From positions 1-62,230 of the IMG/VR virus record IMGVR_UViG_3300014501_000019: 62,230 bases of DNA; one strand, 5' to 3'. The position numbers were made by a program, and so were the translations under genes. This document shows positions 48,613-57,113 of this stretch, piece after piece (positions within the stretch are counted from its first letter, which is position 1; every line of letters begins with the position of its first letter). Source of the DNA: a virus (lineage: Duplodnaviria; Caudoviricetes). The notes below the pieces were generated by a model. The model saw nothing but the letters and a program-made list of their open reading frames with translations, was not told where the DNA came from and ran no database searches.

Positions 48613-49219
48613 AACTCAAAGCCGCACCGGCCTGATTCATTCGTTGTGCAATTTGACGCAAAGCTTCCATTAGCTGTTGATTCTGCATCTCTAAGCTTTG
48701 TATCTTTAGGGCTAACATTCGATTTTCATATTTTTGTGCCAAACCTTCAGGTAGAAGATCGGTGTATTTAATCATCAAAGAATCAACAATAGGTGCATAA
48801 CCAAGATGGTCCAAAAAAGTAAAGAATTCCTGCTGTTTGTCAAACTCTTCTTGAAATTCCCATCTACACCGTTGTTTACATTCAAGATCGCCGCTCCAGA
48901 TTACTTGTTGCCTATCTTTATGTTTATCTAAGAAAATATCGCCTTTGCACAGGTTTCCAAATTCTTGTGAATCGTAGTAACTATAGCCGCCAGGTCTTTG
49001 ATATTTGTATCCTGGAACCATATTAACACATGTATCCTGACAGCCCACGTATTTCTTACCGCAGGAAGTGCAATACGAGAATCCCTCGGTTTTATCCACA
49101 ATGTGATCTGGGGTTCTGATATTAAATTTCTTAGCAGTAGCCACCCAATCGGCTCTAGAATAGGGAGTCCAGCAATAATCGCCGTATCCAGGTTCTTTGT
49201 ATGGAATTAGCTCGTTCAT
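48602..49219 (-). CDS. Hypothetical protein, zinc ribbon plus coiled coil
   Basis: YCTSCG; C-terminal coiled coil. Confidence 0.65.
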   Translation of the reverse strand: MNELIPYKEPGYGDYCWTPYSRADWVATAKKFNIRTPDHIVDKTEGFSYCTSCGKKYVGCQDTCVNMVPGYKYQRPGGYSYYDSQEFGNLCKGDIFLDKHKDRQQVIWSGDLECKQRCRWEFQEEFDKQQEFFTFLDHLGYAPIVDSLMIKYTDLLPEGLAQKYENRMLALKIQSLEMQNQQLMEALRQIAQRMNQAGAALSFGF

Positions 49220-49220
49220 A

Positions 49221-49511
49221 CTAAAACCACAGCCGTTCGTCTTCAGTTAAACCAAACTCCTGACAAACCCTTTCAGCTTCTGGAATATCTCGCTCATTGA
49301 TATACCAAGTACAAGAGTTGGTTTCATCACCAATAGGTAGGTTGTCGATTAATTCTTCAATGGCATCCCTATTATGTTCTGCAATGTGATCGTCTATATA
49401 TCCAACTTGCTGGGAGCTAAGGGAAAAACGATATTCGCCGTCAGTATATTCGTCACTGTAAATTATATAACGATACCCTTTTAGATTACTCATTTTCATC
49501 TCATCACGCAA
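49221..49511 (-). CDS. Hypothetical protein
   Basis: ORF in a minus-strand run. Confidence 0.55.
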   Translation of the reverse strand: MRDEMKMSNLKGYRYIIYSDEYTDGEYRFSLSSQQVGYIDDHIAEHNRDAIEELIDNLPIGDETNSCTWYINERDIPEAERVCQEFGLTEDERLWF

Positions 49512-49702
49512 TTTCGGTGAATATTTTCGGTTCCATTACAACAGGGGCATTGATTGGTTTCTGTTATATAAAGAGAATATACGGCATGAGCCATTTCAAG
49601 TCTGGTAATTAAACTAGCACTGTCGTCGTAACAGTAATCATTACGTTCAATCTCGTCTTGAAGTTCCTTAATAGTAGTTTTTATCCAATTTCCAAAATTC
49701 AT
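49496..49702 (-). CDS. Hypothetical protein
   Basis: GAGG RBS before ATG 49702. Confidence 0.55.
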   Translation of the reverse strand: MNFGNWIKTTIKELQDEIERNDYCYDDSASLITRLEMAHAVYSLYITETNQCPCCNGTENIHRNCVMR

Positions 49703-49863
49703 ATTAATCCTCGTATCCAAGATATACGCGCCAACCTTCGGTACCAAAGAAATCGTCCATGGACAATTCGTCCAATTTCTTCATAAGGTCTTCCAGCAAT
49801 ATTTCTCTTTGCATGGCAGTCAACACGTCAAGATCACGGGTTCTACGGGGACACAAGACTTTC

Positions 49864-50181
49864 TTAGGTTTGTTTTTCTTCATCTTCGCCTTCCTCGATA
49901 TGTGAATACTGGTATTTAAGTTGGTCTAAACTAATCCTATTGCCATCTCTATCCATGAGAATGAATCCGCCATCTCTCATGTCTATACTAAGTTTTATAT
50001 ATTTGCACAGACTATTTTTAATCCAAGACCAATCTATGGCTCCCGGTTTTAAAGTCATTCCGTCTTCCTCGTATGGATCTTCTATTGCGGCGGATTTAAT
50101 GAAAGCAATGACTTCATCAAAGTTGGTTTCCCAAATATTTGCATTTACTTTAGCTTCAAATTCTTTACTTGGTTTATTCAT
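49864..50181 (-). CDS. Hypothetical protein
   Basis: ORF in a minus-strand run. Confidence 0.6.
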   Translation of the reverse strand: MNKPSKEFEAKVNANIWETNFDEVIAFIKSAAIEDPYEEDGMTLKPGAIDWSWIKNSLCKYIKLSIDMRDGGFILMDRDGNRISLDQLKYQYSHIEEGEDEEKQT

Positions 50182-50212
50182 AAATAGAATGTATTCTAAT
50201 AACTAATGAAGG

Positions 50213-50479
50213 TCAATCTTTATCTTCAATTCCTTTCATAAATTCGTCCAAAGAGATCCTAACACCTTCTACTCCATAAGCATTCCTATATTTACCATCT
50301 TTTTGTAGTGTAAAGTGCTCGGGACTCCAATTCATAGCACGTTGAATTTGGTCATGTAGGGCATCTTCTCTGGCAGTTCTAGTCCTACGCCATGGACGAT
50401 CCGGTGCAAATCCAATAACGAAAAGCGGTAGAAAAAATACAAAAAATAGTAACCCGAATGTGAACAATAAATCAACCAT
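50213..50479 (-). CDS. Hypothetical membrane protein
   Basis: N-terminal TM helix. Confidence 0.6.
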   Translation of the reverse strand: MVDLLFTFGLLFFVFFLPLFVIGFAPDRPWRRTRTAREDALHDQIQRAMNWSPEHFTLQKDGKYRNAYGVEGVRISLDEFMKGIEDKD

Positions 50480-50846
50480 TTTCTTCTTTCTTTACGTTAC
50501 AATGCTTGCAATACTCATACCTACTCCAACCACTATCGTAGGTTAACCAAACATGGTCGCAAGGTAGATCAGGTAGATCAGGTAGATCAGCATGGGAAGC
50601 CGTAACAGGAGATAACGATTCAAGAAATACTTGAATATCTAGTTCCAAGTCTTTTTCATCGATGGTATATGTACGACTACCGACAGTAACGAATCCTTGA
50701 CTGTTATCCAGTACTTGGCACATAACTTGATAAGTACGTTCTGTGATTCCAGTGCTATGGCCAGCAATTCTAGTCCCAATAACGATACCTTTATTATAAT
50801 GGGTGAAAAGCTTAATAATTACTTTGTCGCGGAGTTTAAACTTCAT
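50472..50846 (-). CDS. Hypothetical protein with C-terminal zinc-knuckle
   Basis: MKFKLRDKV SH3-like start; DLP x3 linker; CDHVWLTYDSGWSRYEYCKHCN. Confidence 0.65.
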   Translation of the reverse strand: MKFKLRDKVIIKLFTHYNKGIVIGTRIAGHSTGITERTYQVMCQVLDNSQGFVTVGSRTYTIDEKDLELDIQVFLESLSPVTASHADLPDLPDLPCDHVWLTYDSGWSRYEYCKHCNVKKEENG

Positions 50847-50982
50847 ATCGATTTACTTTGGTTTAAATATGTTTAATTTTTTAGCAAGTTTTACCGCAGA
50901 TTTTTCTTTACCACTGGCTTTAATTTTCTTGTCAAGAATCTTTATCATCAAGAGTCTACCTTCTTTTGTTAACCCCATAATT

Positions 50983-51207
50983 TCAATGACTTGTTTTCGT
51001 AGGATCTATATCTTCTAAGGAACCATCTAGACCCGGTTTATTCTCTGGATTGTTTCCTGTGTATCTTTCTACTAAGTAGTTTAATCCAAACTGGGTAGTT
51101 TCTGGAATTTCAAAGAAATGCTGGCAATCGTCGTGACGGCATATAAAGCCAACTAACATAAACTGAGTTTCTTTTCTATTACATTTGGGACAAACTACTT
51201 CATTCAT
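50983..51207 (-). CDS. Hypothetical zinc-ribbon protein
   Basis: AAGGA RBS before ATG 51207; CPKC..CRHDDC. Confidence 0.6.
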   Translation of the reverse strand: MNEVVCPKCNRKETQFMLVGFICRHDDCQHFFEIPETTQFGLNYLVERYTGNNPENKPGLDGSLEDIDPTKTSH

Positions 51208-51224
51208 ATTTTCCTTTAAATAAT

Positions 51225-51430
51225 GGGTAGGGATTCTCGATTTACCCCTAGGCTCGCTCCTCATACCTATTTACCTTCCGGCCCTGGTAAGTGCTCCCCG
51301 GAAGACCCTGACTATCACATTAGCCAGCCCACTCATTTACAGTCACCTACCCGCTAACCGTTCGGTTAACGCTGAAATCGGCCTTTGCTTAGCAATCTGC
51401 GATTCATCGCATTGGCTTTCGGCGCTGCTA
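51225..51430 (-). ncRNA. Putative structured RNA of unknown class
   Basis: GC-rich intergenic island with several nested stems; candidate TTGACT-17-GAATCT promoter on the minus strand just upstream. Confidence 0.5.
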
Positions 51431-51542
51431 TAAATAGAGATTCGCACAAAGAGGAAAGGAAGTCAAATGTTTTTTGGCGAAGCCTCCGTGGTATTTATCT
51501 TGCCTTTATTAAAATATATGAGACTATGGTTAGGAGGTATAT

Positions 51543-52109
51543 ATGAAAGGCGCAAGAAGTTTAACAGATCAAGAAATAACGGATGTCTATAACTCATTGA
51601 AATCTTTGAGAGATAAGGCATTTTTCTGGCTAGGCATAAAATGCGGGTTAAGAATAAGTGAAATACTTTCTTTACAGATCAAGGATGTCATGGAGTATGG
51701 AGAAGTTGGAAGTCAGGTAAAGGTAAGAAAAAACAATACCAAGGGTAAAATAGAAAGCAGGACTTTGCCACTGACAGAAAGTGCGAAACGAGTATTGAAA
51801 ACGTATATTGATAGTTTATGGAAAGCCGTGCCCGATGATATGCTGTTTAAGTCAAACCAAAGTAAAGAGGCTATCACAGTAAGGCAAGCCAATAGAATTC
51901 TTAAGGAAGCGTTCAACCAATTAAAGTTGCAGGGAAATTGCAGCTCACATAGCCTAAGAAAGAGTTATGCCCACAGAGTCCATAAGGCGTTGGGCGAAAA
52001 GATTGAAAAGACGCAGATAGCAATGGGGCATAAAAGTCTGAGTTCGACGGTAAGCTATATTCAGGTAAATAGGGAAGAAGTAGATCAGGCGATCTTGGGG
52101 ATGGGATAA
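51543..52109 (+). CDS. Tyrosine recombinase, catalytic domain only
   Basis: GLRISE (R), TKG (K), HSLRK (HxxR), MGH..STVSY (H, Y); AGGAGG RBS; 188 aa. Confidence 0.92.
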   Translation: MKGARSLTDQEITDVYNSLKSLRDKAFFWLGIKCGLRISEILSLQIKDVMEYGEVGSQVKVRKNNTKGKIESRTLPLTESAKRVLKTYIDSLWKAVPDDMLFKSNQSKEAITVRQANRILKEAFNQLKLQGNCSSHSLRKSYAHRVHKALGEKIEKTQIAMGHKSLSSTVSYIQVNREEVDQAILGMG

Positions 52110-52354
52110 TGGACAATAGAATAACTCATAAAAACGTGGTTATAGAACTTCAAATGAATGAAGAACCAATATTTTTGGTGGGTAGGGGTTGGGTTCATGT
52201 AGCGATGCTGTGTGGAAGTTATAATAGGGACCAATTAAAAGATCTCATTGGTTTACAATTATGGGGAACAAAAGTTTTAGCGGTAGAAAGTTTCTGCATC
52301 GATAATCAGACCAATAGGCCAATTGGGCTTTTAGTCAATAGGAGATTGTGGTAA
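52109..52354 (+). CDS. Hypothetical protein
   Basis: TAATG coupling to the recombinase. Confidence 0.6.
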   Translation: MDNRITHKNVVIELQMNEEPIFLVGRGWVHVAMLCGSYNRDQLKDLIGLQLWGTKVLAVESFCIDNQTNRPIGLLVNRRLW

Positions 52355-52656
52355 TTATGAACGAAACTATATGGTTAGTAGCATTTTACCTGTTTAAGTA
52401 CTATTCCAGACCAGGCTTTGAGAGAATCGATCTCCATTGGATTTTTAAGACAGAGGAACCAGCCAGGAGAGCGTGCGAGAAGAGTTTTTGTGATGAAGCG
52501 GGCTGGTATGAAGGCGCTCTGATTGAGGAACGACCGTTTGGTTATCGTTTATCAAAGAATCTAAAGAGAATTTGGTATCGCCAAGATGACCACGGCGTAA
52601 TGGAAGAAATTGAAGAACCAAAAAATTATAAAAACGTCAGCAATCTAATCGGTTGA
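52348..52656 (+). CDS. Hypothetical protein
   Basis: AGGAG RBS. Confidence 0.6.
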   Translation: MVIMNETIWLVAFYLFKYYSRPGFERIDLHWIFKTEEPARRACEKSFCDEAGWYEGALIEERPFGYRLSKNLKRIWYRQDDHGVMEEIEEPKNYKNVSNLIG

Positions 52657-52660
52657 TGAT

Positions 52661-52921
52661 ATGGGAAGCTTAAATAAATACGAATTATCGCATCTAGCAT
52701 TTATTATTGATGCCCTAGTGGGTTGCCCTAAACAAGTGGACAAAATAGAAAAAGCGGTTAAAAAGTATTTTCCAAAGCAGAGTGAATTGCTGAAGAAAAC
52801 TATTAAAGAAGCCTTTGAAATAGCTAGAGGTAAGAAAAGCGAAGATGAACGATTGCTAGGTTGCTTTGAGTGGGCGAAAAGTAATTACCAGTATAGGAAA
52901 AATAGAAATGGCAAAAGATAG
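52661..52921 (+). CDS. Hypothetical protein
   Basis: ORF in operon. Confidence 0.6.
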   Translation: MGSLNKYELSHLAFIIDALVGCPKQVDKIEKAVKKYFPKQSELLKKTIKEAFEIARGKKSEDERLLGCFEWAKSNYQYRKNRNGKR

Positions 52922-53222
52922 TTATACTAAAAGAATGAAGGGCAGCTGGAATCAAGGTAAACGCTGCAAGGGCGATGCAGAGGAACGCCAATACGCTAAA
53001 ACTGAAATAAAACAAGAACTTGAAAGCGACGATGAGAATTATCTTGTAAAACACAAAGCTAAGAAAAAGAAGAATGAGAAAGCAAGGTTAGAACATTGGA
53101 TTGACTGGTATGAAAGGACTATCCAGGAATACGAGCGACGAGGAATGGACGACAGTCACACAAGTTATTTGAGGGATGGTCTGAAGAAGGCAAAAATGAA
53201 ACTGGAGAAACTAAAGCCATAG
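52908..53222 (+). CDS. Hypothetical basic protein
   Basis: ATG 52908 after AGGA. Confidence 0.6.
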   Translation: MAKDSYTKRMKGSWNQGKRCKGDAEERQYAKTEIKQELESDDENYLVKHKAKKKKNEKARLEHWIDWYERTIQEYERRGMDDSHTSYLRDGLKKAKMKLEKLKP

Positions 53223-53225
53223 TTT

Positions 53226-53900
53226 TCAGAGCGAAGCGACCACGGGTATTGGAATCTCAAAAGGTGGAATGCTTTCGTCGATGTTGTGAAGAAGCTTGTA
53301 GGCTAGCCATTCTTCTGGAGACTTTGCATTCTTCTGGATATTATATATCCCCCACATGGGTTTTATATTTGTAAAATGAAAATATTTATATAACTCTTCT
53401 TCTGTTTTAGCGTTGGAAAGAGAAATTGTATGATCTAAATGCCATTCACCGTGATTGTCCCAAGTCATTCCTGGTTGAAATAGGGATTCTAGATAGACAG
53501 TTAGTTCGTAAATAGAACATCCTAAGTATTTGGCATAATCGCATGAATTATTAAACCTACCTTTTTTAAGAGCAGAATTTAGTCTAGATCTTAAAGTATT
53601 TTTCAATCTAACTATGGTATTTTTAGGTTTGTAGGCTTTTGTTTTATTAACAGATTTTTTACGCCTGACTCGGGGAGTAAACTTATGATCTTTGAAAAAT
53701 ACAGGTATTTTTCTTTCCCTTCGTTTTTCTTTAATCTTGTCCTTGTTTAACATACGCCTTTTGCTGTCATAATCACGTTCACAAACTCTACAAATATAAT
53801 AAGATTTTACACTCTCATGTTTATCCCTGTATTGCCTAAAATCTGTTTGGTTCTTTTCAGTCAAACACTGATTACATATTTTATTACTCAAATCGCTCAT
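53226..53900 (-). CDS. HNH-type homing endonuclease (paralog of 4038-4793)
   Basis: CNQC..CRVC; YLESLFQPGMTWDNHGEWHLDH..HFTNIKPMW..N..K. Confidence 0.85.
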   Translation of the reverse strand: MSDLSNKICNQCLTEKNQTDFRQYRDKHESVKSYYICRVCERDYDSKRRMLNKDKIKEKRRERKIPVFFKDHKFTPRVRRKKSVNKTKAYKPKNTIVRLKNTLRSRLNSALKKGRFNNSCDYAKYLGCSIYELTVYLESLFQPGMTWDNHGEWHLDHTISLSNAKTEEELYKYFHFTNIKPMWGIYNIQKNAKSPEEWLAYKLLHNIDESIPPFEIPIPVVASL

Positions 53901-54606
53901 ATTATATATGTTATATCATAAGATTTTTATAGAAAAATTTTTAATGATATTAATAAGTTACGTTCATTAATTCTTTAAAATTCTGGAAAAATTTTAAAGT
54001 TGTTATTACGGTCGTGTGAATAAATGTAACTATATGGGCCTTCAGTTTGGCCATGTCTATTAGGACCCGGTTCATGAAATATATGTCTAACCTTTTGTAA
54101 TCATTGACTTATTTGGATTGGCATGTTCTATGATGCCGATACGTGACACATGCACGCGGACATAGGTGATGACTCATGTCAGGGCAGACATTTTGCATTA
54201 GCAATGCCGATGCCATACAACTTAACTAATGCATACGCGGGTTTATAGCGCAACGCGTTATAGGCCGATGCTATGGCCATGGCTTACCCTGCGTTGTCCA
54301 CTGGCGCCGATCCTAGACAGTCTGCTAGTGAATTTCGAATACCTATAAGGTACGATACAGCATGACCTGACTGGCGCATTGACTCCAATGGGCGCCATTG
54401 ATACTAACTATATGAGATTATTAAATTTAGTTTGATTCGTGACTTCTTTTACTCTTTCGGGACACTGGCATTTTGAAACACAAATGCCCTGCAACGGATG
54501 CTCCGCGCAAGGCGATTGACTATTTATTTTTCTAATGCTATAAAAGCGAGGGATAATACTAGCTATGTATTAATCCCTCATTGTAAAGATTGAACTACTT
54601 AACTAG

Positions 54607-55059
54607 TTATTTTGATTTGTGTTTTTCTATGTATTTGATAGCATTAGCTAATATACTGGAGTCTTCTAAGAAGATGCCTAATCCCGTGTTACATCTGCGA
54701 CACAGTAATCCGCGTACCACTATTTCGCCTGTTTTCTCTTCTATCGTATGGTCATGGTCAACCATTAGCTGCAATCGGCGCCCCGTTTTCTTTCGAATGC
54801 CCGTTTCGGGTAGTTCACAAATAGAGCAGTTACCATTTTGTGATTTCAATACTTCGTTGTATCTCTCTAATGTTATTCCATAATGATGCTTGTAATGAGT
54901 ATCACGGTATAGATCGGGATTCTTTAATGGGTATGCCCTGCGTTTAGTGCTATGACAGACCTTGCAATAAGTACTTAAGCCGTCATTCTTTCGACGTTCT
55001 TTATTGAATAGTTCTATTGGTTTAGTCTCATTACAGCAACTGCATTGTTTATGTGTCAT
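54607..55059 (-). CDS. Endonuclease VII-like homing endonuclease
   Basis: YGITLERY..QNGNCSIC..VDHDH..VRGLLCRRCNTGLG. Confidence 0.88.
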   Translation of the reverse strand: MTHKQCSCCNETKPIELFNKERRKNDGLSTYCKVCHSTKRRAYPLKNPDLYRDTHYKHHYGITLERYNEVLKSQNGNCSICELPETGIRKKTGRRLQLMVDHDHTIEEKTGEIVVRGLLCRRCNTGLGIFLEDSSILANAIKYIEKHKSK

Positions 55060-55084
55060 AGCGGATTATATCATGCAATACACA

Positions 55085-55177
55085 TATCCAAGTATTAGAC
55101 AGTGTAAACGCCATAGACACTATTTTAAATTAACAGTTGCCATGTCTCATATACTTAGGTCTGGCATAGCCGCTGCA
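55085..55177 (+). promoter_or_regulatory. Tandem upstream element plus sigma54-type promoter, copy 1
   Basis: TATCCAAGTATTAGACA-G-TGTAAACGCCATAGACA (55085-55119); TGGCATAGCCGCTGCA (55162-55177, GG-N10-GC). Confidence 0.75.
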
Positions 55178-55231
55178 ATAGAGTATAAGTGTCAGTAACA
55201 AGGTCATGCGTAAACTGATCTAACCGGGAGA

Positions 55232-55465
55232 ATGACAATGAAATGCGATAAGTGCAAGACTACTGTTGGCATGAGTACACAACATGGCCATGTTAACATG
55301 ACTTTAAATGGCATTCCATCAACGGTTTGCCGCGCATGTAGTTTTGAGATTAGGGATAATCAGATAAAAATTGAAGTATTTGAATTTTCAGGTGAATTCT
55401 GTAAACATGGCCTGCCCATGGCGTTAGGGTATGATATCTGTGAATGCGAGATATCCAATGAGTAA
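55232..55465 (+). CDS. Hypothetical zinc-binding protein
   Basis: CDKC..CRAC..CKHG..CEC; GGAG RBS. Confidence 0.6.
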   Translation: MTMKCDKCKTTVGMSTQHGHVNMTLNGIPSTVCRACSFEIRDNQIKIEVFEFSGEFCKHGLPMALGYDICECEISNE

Positions 55466-55661
55466 AGTAGCTAGTTATAAACATGGCGTATCTTGGATTG
55501 CAATGAATGACAATAATGGCGCATTAGATGCAATGGTTACAGAAGTAGTAGCGTCCTATATTTCAACGATTTTACTTGCCGATCTTTTTGGCAAGACAGT
55601 CGAACATGTCGCTAAAGACATAGTTAAAGCCCGTATGAGAATTGAAGAGTCAACTATATGA
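55458..55661 (+). CDS. Hypothetical protein
   Basis: Coupled ORF. Confidence 0.6.
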   Translation: MSKVASYKHGVSWIAMNDNNGALDAMVTEVVASYISTILLADLFGKTVEHVAKDIVKARMRIEESTI

Positions 55662-55900
55662 CTAAATAGGAATTTACTAAGGCTTTACAGCTAGCGCATT
55701 CCGATAATGAAGTACCTGCATACTTTTCAACTGAAATGAGTCATCTTAAGGATTGCGCGTTAGACAATAAACGCAGGTATGTCCGTTTAGACCATGTCGC
55801 TAGTCTTATTCGTGGACATTGCTTGACGTTTGCCGGAACATGGGATTACACTGAACTTGCCAGTATTCAGGAATGGTCGAAACGCTTTGATTTGATCTAA
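55658..55900 (+). pseudogene. 80-codon ORF with in-frame TAG at codon 4
   Basis: ATG ACT AAA TAG GAA TTT..., otherwise open to TAA 55900; ATGA overlap with the upstream gene. Confidence 0.55.
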
Positions 55901-55916
55901 ATAATTGAAAGAATTT

Positions 55917-56405
55917 ATGAAAATCTCTAATTCCCGTGGTTTCAGTTTGCTTGAAACCATGATTGCTCTGGCCGTCTTGAGTATCCTAGCTATGGCTTCC
56001 GCAGGCTTGATGACCAATATACTTCGGGCTCAAGTCACGGCTACCGTTGATTCAGATATCCTAGGTTTAGTCAGTCAAATGCGAGCGGCGTTGCAAAACA
56101 GCACTACAGCCGTATGTTCAGAGGATCTATCCAGTGGTTTACAAGTAGTGAACCCTTTGAACACTGTGCAGGTCATTGCTAGCGGTGGTATGTCATTTAA
56201 TAATAAACTTTGGAATATCTCCATGATTGGATTGACTAATACCACTGTGTTGAATGGCGTTACTAAGGGGACAGTCGTCATGACAGTCAATAAAGACACT
56301 ACTAGACTCTATGGCGCGCCCCAGTCTCAAATTGTAGTCACTGATATCTATTGCACGACTCCAGTTGCGCCAGTGACTCCCGTTGACCCCTGTGATAAAA
56401 ATTGA
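55917..56405 (+). CDS. Type IV pilin/pseudopilin-like protein
   Basis: Class III signal MKISNSRG|FSLLETMIALAVLSILAMA (Gly -1, Phe +1, Glu +5, hydrophobic helix). Confidence 0.85.
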   Translation: MKISNSRGFSLLETMIALAVLSILAMASAGLMTNILRAQVTATVDSDILGLVSQMRAALQNSTTAVCSEDLSSGLQVVNPLNTVQVIASGGMSFNNKLWNISMIGLTNTTVLNGVTKGTVVMTVNKDTTRLYGAPQSQIVVTDIYCTTPVAPVTPVDPCDKN

Positions 56406-56417
56406 ATTGAGGAAACC

Positions 56418-56675
56418 ATGAAAGTCTTTACTAAGATATATGATCCTGGACATGGTTGGCTGAAAGTTAGCCGTAAAGCCTATGAGGCAAGCGGTTACGT
56501 AGCATCGCGATACAGCTATCAGTCTGCTAGTGGTAAAACCGTGTATCTTGAAGAGGATTGCGACATGTATGGGTTTTTGTTGGCTATTGGCTACAGTACC
56601 TTAACGCGTGTTCGACTCAAAAATGTTTACATCAAAAACTATAGCAAAATCCGTAACTTGGAGCCTATCAAATGA
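56418..56675 (+). CDS. Conserved phage hypothetical protein
   Basis: DPGHGWLKV..YSY..VYLEEDCD motif; GAGGA RBS. Confidence 0.7.
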   Translation: MKVFTKIYDPGHGWLKVSRKAYEASGYVASRYSYQSASGKTVYLEEDCDMYGFLLAIGYSTLTRVRLKNVYIKNYSKIRNLEPIK

Positions 56676-56908
56676 AAATTTACATTGTTACTATTCATCC
56701 GACTAAGGCTAGCAAGTCTAGTTACCTGCTAGGCGCGTATTCCACTGTCAAGCTTGCCCATGATGCAGCTAAAGCCGAAGTAGGCCGCGCCGACGCGTCA
56801 TGGTGGACAAATTACGATATTACTATGGCTACCGTAGATCGTAATGTCGAGCATATTGAGCATAATGGAAACGACCACTATTTGAAGTATGTCGAAGGAT
56901 TGGATTGA
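56672..56908 (+). CDS. Hypothetical protein
   Basis: Coupled ORF. Confidence 0.6.
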   Translation: MKIYIVTIHPTKASKSSYLLGAYSTVKLAHDAAKAEVGRADASWWTNYDITMATVDRNVEHIEHNGNDHYLKYVEGLD

Positions 56909-56909
56909 T

Positions 56910-57098
56910 ATGCATATATACGCTATAACCTTTACAATTGATGGAGTTAGGGATTACAAGGTTATCCAGGCGGCTAGCGGTATCAGCGCTGTAAATTGGT
57001 TGCGCCGCAAGTTGAAAATGGATGGAATTGACTTGAGTCTTTTCCTAGTGGTAAGCTGTAAGCTGGAAAAAGACGTTAGCGTTTATGATCAACTGTAA
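56910..57098 (+). CDS. Hypothetical protein
   Basis: ATG 56910. Confidence 0.55.
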   Translation: MHIYAITFTIDGVRDYKVIQAASGISAVNWLRRKLKMDGIDLSLFLVVSCKLEKDVSVYDQL

Positions 57099-57113
57099 AT
57101 GAAAGGAAAACCG

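Noticed and set aside
50562-50590. 9-bp triple repeat as a regulatory element
   Set aside because: It is in frame and encodes a DLP linker before the zinc-knuckle; no evidence of another role.
51225-51352. tRNA (7-bp closing stem and a GACTGTAAAT Tyr-like loop on the minus strand)
   Set aside because: Too long, with no paired anticodon stem or canonical T-loop; kept as an unknown structured RNA. No tRNA was recognised elsewhere by eye.
53893-53920. dif-like site
   Set aside because: Spacing of the putative XerC/XerD arms does not fit; better explained as the AT-rich promoter of the HNH gene.
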